Source: an uncultured Solibacteraceae bacterium (lineage in GTDB: Bacteria > Acidobacteriota > Terriglobia > Bryobacterales > Bryobacteraceae). Taken from it: a DNA stretch of 64,000 bases. The stretch lies in NCBI GenBank assembly GCA_963792055.1, contig CAWBUV010000017.1, positions 252,283 to 316,282 of the forward strand, given 5' to 3'. A program made the translations under genes and the position numbers. This document shows, piece by piece, positions 60,265 to 64,000 of the stretch. How positions within the stretch are numbered: position 1 is the first letter of the stretch; the number at the start of each line of letters is the position of its first letter. Under the pieces are notes generated by a model. The model ran no database searches. It was not told where the DNA came from and was given only the letters and a program-made list of their open reading frames with translations.

Positions 60265-62029
60265 ATGCTTCGTCTGACCGTCTTCTCCCTGGCAATCTGT
60301 GTGTCTGGCAGCGCCCAGTTTTCCGGTCTTGCCACGCCTGCCGACGGCTCACGGGTTTACTTTGCCACGGTGCTGCGGCAAAAGAACACGACCCAACCCG
60401 CTTATGGCAAGCTCTTCTCCGTCGATTCCGCGGGACTGAAACTGTTCCTTTCCCGCGACGCGCAGATTCCCACTCCGCCTCCTCCGGGCACGTTCCCCAT
60501 CCCGCTGACAAACGCATACAACTTGAAAGCCGCGAGCATTTCCTCCGATAGCAAAGTCTTTGCAGCCGTGGGGATTCGATACTGTGACGGCCCGGGCGAA
60601 TTCTGCACCAGACAGGAGTCCTACGTCACCACCATCACCGCCGCGGGCCAGGAGAAGGACTACCCCGGCGATCTGCGCCTCAGCGCGGGCGGCACTTGGG
60701 CGTTCGGAGTGAGCAGCGTGGCGCCTACAGGTATTTTCACGGGGTACCTGGTGAATGTCGCCACGGCCCAACAAACGGCCTTGGGCACGGTCTTCGGACG
60801 CTTACAGGTCACGTCCGCCGGGCGGCCGGTAGCGGATGACGGTACCGCGGTATATTCGGACTTCTCGTCGGTGGCGGTGGTCCACGGCACCGAAACGCGC
60901 CACATCACTCCGGGCGACATCACTCCGGGCAACGCCTTCCCCGATGGACGCGGTGATCGACCGGGCGGGCGCCACAATCGTCTTCGCGGTCTGCGCGTCG
61001 AATGCCTGCTCGCTGCGCCTGGCGGACGCCGCCGGCTCTGGGAGCAGCCTCCTGTTTGCGGATGGTTTCGCGCCTTCACTCTCCGACGATGGCAAGACGC
61101 TGCTCTACCTCTCAACCCGCACCGGTTCTACCCAGATGCGCGTCGCCAACCTGAATGGCGGCGTCACCCTCGACCGGCAACTCGGATTCGAGGTCGGCGG
61201 TATCGCGCAGGCGACCCTCTCGGGTGACGGTTCCACCGTTTACGCAGTCACCAAAAATGGCCGGCTGGAGAAGATCTCGGTGGCCACGCGCGCGGTGCAG
61301 GAACTGATTCCGCGCACGGCACATTGGGAGTCCGCCAGCACATTGGCGCCGGGCAAACTCGTGGCGTTCGCAGGGGGCGGGCTGACCGACCTGCCATTCA
61401 CCGCCACTCCGCCACTGCCGGAAAATCTCAATGGCATCTCCGTAACCATTCAGGGCATGAAGGCGCGGATCCTCAGCGTGGCGCCGGACGCCATCATGGC
61501 GGTGGTTCCACCGGACGTGACCCCTCGGCGGACTCAGGCATCACCAGCCCGTTGGAGATCGCGCTTGCGTCGCCATCGCCATTCGACGACGCGCCGCGCG
61601 GCGCCCTGAACATTGCGCCATTCGCGCCGGAGTTCGTCACCGGCGGGGCAAACTGCTGATTGCCGCTCACCAGGATTGGAGCGGCCTGGTCACCGTGGAT
61701 AATCCGGCGCGTCCCGGTGAGGCGTTCACGCGTACGGGCTGGGTCTCGGGCCCACCAGTCCAGCCGTACCGTACGGTAGCGCCGCGCCCGCGCAGGAGCC
61801 GTTCGCGCGCCTTACCACGCCGTTTGGTTGCGCCGCGTCGAACGACGCCTCCAGGCCCGTAGAGATTTTCTTCCAGGGACTGGCGCCGAACCTTACGGCC
61901 GTCTATCAATTCGATTTCCGCATACCAGTGAACACGCCCAACGGCAATTTCGTCCTGTACTGCGTACTAGGAGGAGTCGGGAGCGGCGGCCCGAGTATCT
62001 TCGCGAATGTGCCGGTGGCGGCACAATAG
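60265..62029 (+). pseudogene. Secreted protein with 'Solibacter uncharacterized C-terminal domain'-like end; at least 4 frame changes
   Basis: Signal peptide MLRLTVFSLAICVSGSAQ (ATG 60265). Pieces are in ORFs 60016, 60836 and 61324 and in unlisted frames. C-terminal blocks by my translation: 'LNGISVTIQGMKARILSVAPDAIMAVVPPDV', 'AAHQDWSGLVTVDNPARPGEAFT', 'FFQGLAPNLTAVYQFDFRIPVNTPNGNFVLYCVLGG...VPVAAQ*' (TAG 62027-62029). Confidence 0.65.
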
Positions 62030-62058
62030 GCCAGGCACATCTCATAGAATGAGGTCAG

Positions 62059-62754
62059 ATGCCCTCACCCCGCCTGGAACTCCGCGGCGTATCCAAAACA
62101 TATTCCAACGGAGAGCAGCCTCTCGAGGTGCTGCACGGCGTCTCGCTGGCGGCCGAAGCCGGCACGGTCACCGCGCTGCTGGGCCGCAGCGGCTGCGGCA
62201 AGACCACCCTGCTGAACCTGGCCGGCGCCATGGACTTTCCCTACCGACGGCGAAGTGCGCATCGACGGCCGCGCCACCACCGCGCTCTCGGAGAACGAAC
62301 TGACCGCCCTGCGCCGCAAGCGCGTCGGCTTCGTCTTCCAGTTCTTCCAACTGCTGCCCACCCTCACCGTACTCGAAAACGTCGAACTGCCGCTGCTGCT
62401 GGCCGGCGCCGCCAATACCGCCGAGGCCGCGCGCGAACGGCTGCGCTGGGTGGGCCTCGAAGAGAAGGCAGCGAGCATGCCCTACCAGCTTTCCGGCGGC
62501 CAGATGCAGCGCGTCGCCATCGCCCGCGCGCTGGTGCATTCGCCCGACCTCCTGATGGCCGACGAACCCACCGGCAACCTGGACACCGCCAGCGGCGACC
62601 AGGTGCTGGCGCTCCTCCGCGAGGCCGCCACCCGCTTCGGCGCCACCGTCCTGATGGCCACGCACAGCGCCGAAGCCGCCGCCATCGCCGACGTGCGTGT
62701 CCGCCTGCGCGACGGCCGCATTCAAGGCATCGACGGCGCCACCGACCGCCATGA
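62059..62754 (+). pseudogene. ABC transporter ATP-binding protein (MacB/LolD-like); 2 frame changes
   Basis: GAGG lies 4 nt before the ATG. Walker A 'GRSGCGKTTLLNL' is in the 62059 frame. Q-loop to H-loop ('FVFQFFQLLP', '[15 protein letters not shown]', '[12 protein letters not shown]', 'MATH') is in ORF 62255..63013. The only stop forming an ATGA junction with the permease (62751-62754) is back in the first frame. Confidence 0.8.
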
Positions 62755-64000
62755 AACTGCTGCGCACCCTGATCCTGCGCCCGCTGCGCCGCGACCTGCT
62801 GCGCACCGCGCTCACCATCCTCTCGGTGGCGCTGGGCGTCGCGGTGGTGGTGGCCATCGACCTGGCCGGCGAGCCGCCACCGGCTGCTTCCGTTCCTCGA
62901 TGCAGACGCTCGCCGGCAAGACGGATCTGGAGATCGTCGCCAACGGCGGCATCGACGAGAGCTGGATGGCACGCCTGGCCGCGCTGCCGTTCGACGCGCA
63001 CTTGCGCCGCTGATGGAAGCGCAGGTCGTCCTGCCCGGAATCGGCGCCGTGCCGCTCTACGGCGCAGATCTCGCCGGCGCGCCCGAGGGCGCTGTCGTCT
63101 CCAAGTCGCTCGCCGCACGCCTCCACTCGAGATACCGTCACCGGCACCCTCGCTGGCCGCCCCCTCACCGTCCCCATCGGTGCAAACCGCTCGATTCCGG
63201 CGGCGAGTTCCTGGTGCTCGACATCGCCGAAGCGCAGCAGGCGCTCGCCGCTACGGCAAGCTGGACCGCATCGACGTCACGTGGGCCCGGGGAGGATTTC
63301 GCGCGCGTCGAGAAGGCCATCCGCGGCGCCCTGCCCGCCGTCCATCCGCGTGGAAAAACCCGGCGACGCGCAGCGAAGAGAACCAGCGCATGCTGCGCGC
63401 CTTCCGCTGGAATCTGCGCGTGCTCAGCTACATCTCGCTGGTGGTGGGCGCGTTCCTGATCTACAACACCATCTCGGTGAGCGTGGTGCGGCGGCGCGCC
63501 GAAATCGGCATTCTGCGCGCCCTGGGCGCCGGCGCGCGCCGCCATTCTCGGACTGTTCCTGGGCGAAGCGCTGCTCTTCGGCCTGGCCGGCGCCGCGCTC
63601 GGGGTGTTGCTGGGCCGCTTGCTGGCCGGCGGCGCCGTGCGGCCTGATCGCCGGCACGGTGAACGCGCTCTACACCACCAGCCGTCCCGCGCCCGTCGCG
63701 CTGACCGCTAGCCGAAGCCTGGACGGGCATTCTCGCCGGGCACTGCGTCGCCTTCGCTCAGCGCGTTCGGCTCCGGCGCGCGAAGCCATGCGAGTCGCGC
63801 CCACGAGGCCATGAGCCGCGGCGCGCACGAGCACCACGCGCGGCTGCGCTGGCGGCGCGGCCTGGCATGGTCCGCCCTGCTGCGCCGCGCTCGCGCTGGC
63901 CGCTTCGCAGGCCGGCCCGGTGGCGGGTACCCCTGGGCGGATACGCCGCCGCGCTGCTGGCCATCGGCGCCGCGGCCATGGCCGCGCCCGCGGTGGTCTG
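62751..64000 (+). pseudogene. FtsX/MacB-type ABC permease, 5' part (runs off window); several frame changes
   Basis: 'MKLLRTLILRPLRRDLLRTALTILSVALGVAVVVAIDLAG' is followed by periplasmic-domain pieces. The FtsX core 'RMLRAFRWNLRVLSYISLVVGAFLIYNTISVSVVRRRAEIGILRALGA' is in ORF 62697..63647. Other pieces are in 63013.. and 63281.. frames. Confidence 0.75.

Overview
High-GC bacterial chromosomal segment. Its gene content points to Acidobacteriota of the Solibacter/Bryobacter type. This is an inference from a DUF1592/DUF1552 pair, Ser/Thr kinases fused to TolB-like propellers, a CarboxypepD_reg-type TonB receptor behind an ECF sigma/anti-sigma pair, and a 'Solibacter C-terminal domain'-like protein. 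I call 41 protein-coding loci, one tRNA-Pro(GGG), one IS630-like transposase remnant and one large REP-like palindrome. I see no rRNA, CRISPR array or prophage. Blocks: (i) 1-13.5 kb, intact sensory genes (1173-aa PAS/GAF hybrid kinase, J-domain protein, two divergent paralogous STKs). (ii) 13.8-19.2 kb, sigma/anti-sigma/TonB-receptor cassette. (iii) 19.3-28.6 kb, glycosyltransferases, an AsnB-like amidotransferase and a ~1430-aa BcrAD/BadFG double-ATPase + DUF2229-type protein. (iv) 28.8-36.4 kb, three secreted, module-sharing, tail-fibre-repeat/Cys-rich proteins. (v) 36.4-45.1 kb, an accB-accC-led operon and an ABC-2 exporter. (vi) 46-51 kb, a second glycosylation operon. (vii) 51.2-55.0 kb, a lower-GC, intact pair made of an Hsp90 paralogue with an extra Rossmann-like C-terminal domain plus a TPR-like partner. 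This pair is my best candidate for an undescribed system. (viii) 55-64 kb, crcB/tsaC/Hcy-methyltransferase-MTHFR, a GH29 fucosidase and a MacB-like ABC transporter. Major caveat: 22 of the 41 loci need one to many reading-frame changes to give a full-length product, while 19 are pristine, including everything from 3.1 to 13.5 kb. Several breaks sit in homopolymer runs, so assembly indels are at least as likely as real pseudogenisation. All family names come from my own reading of the translations, not from database searches.
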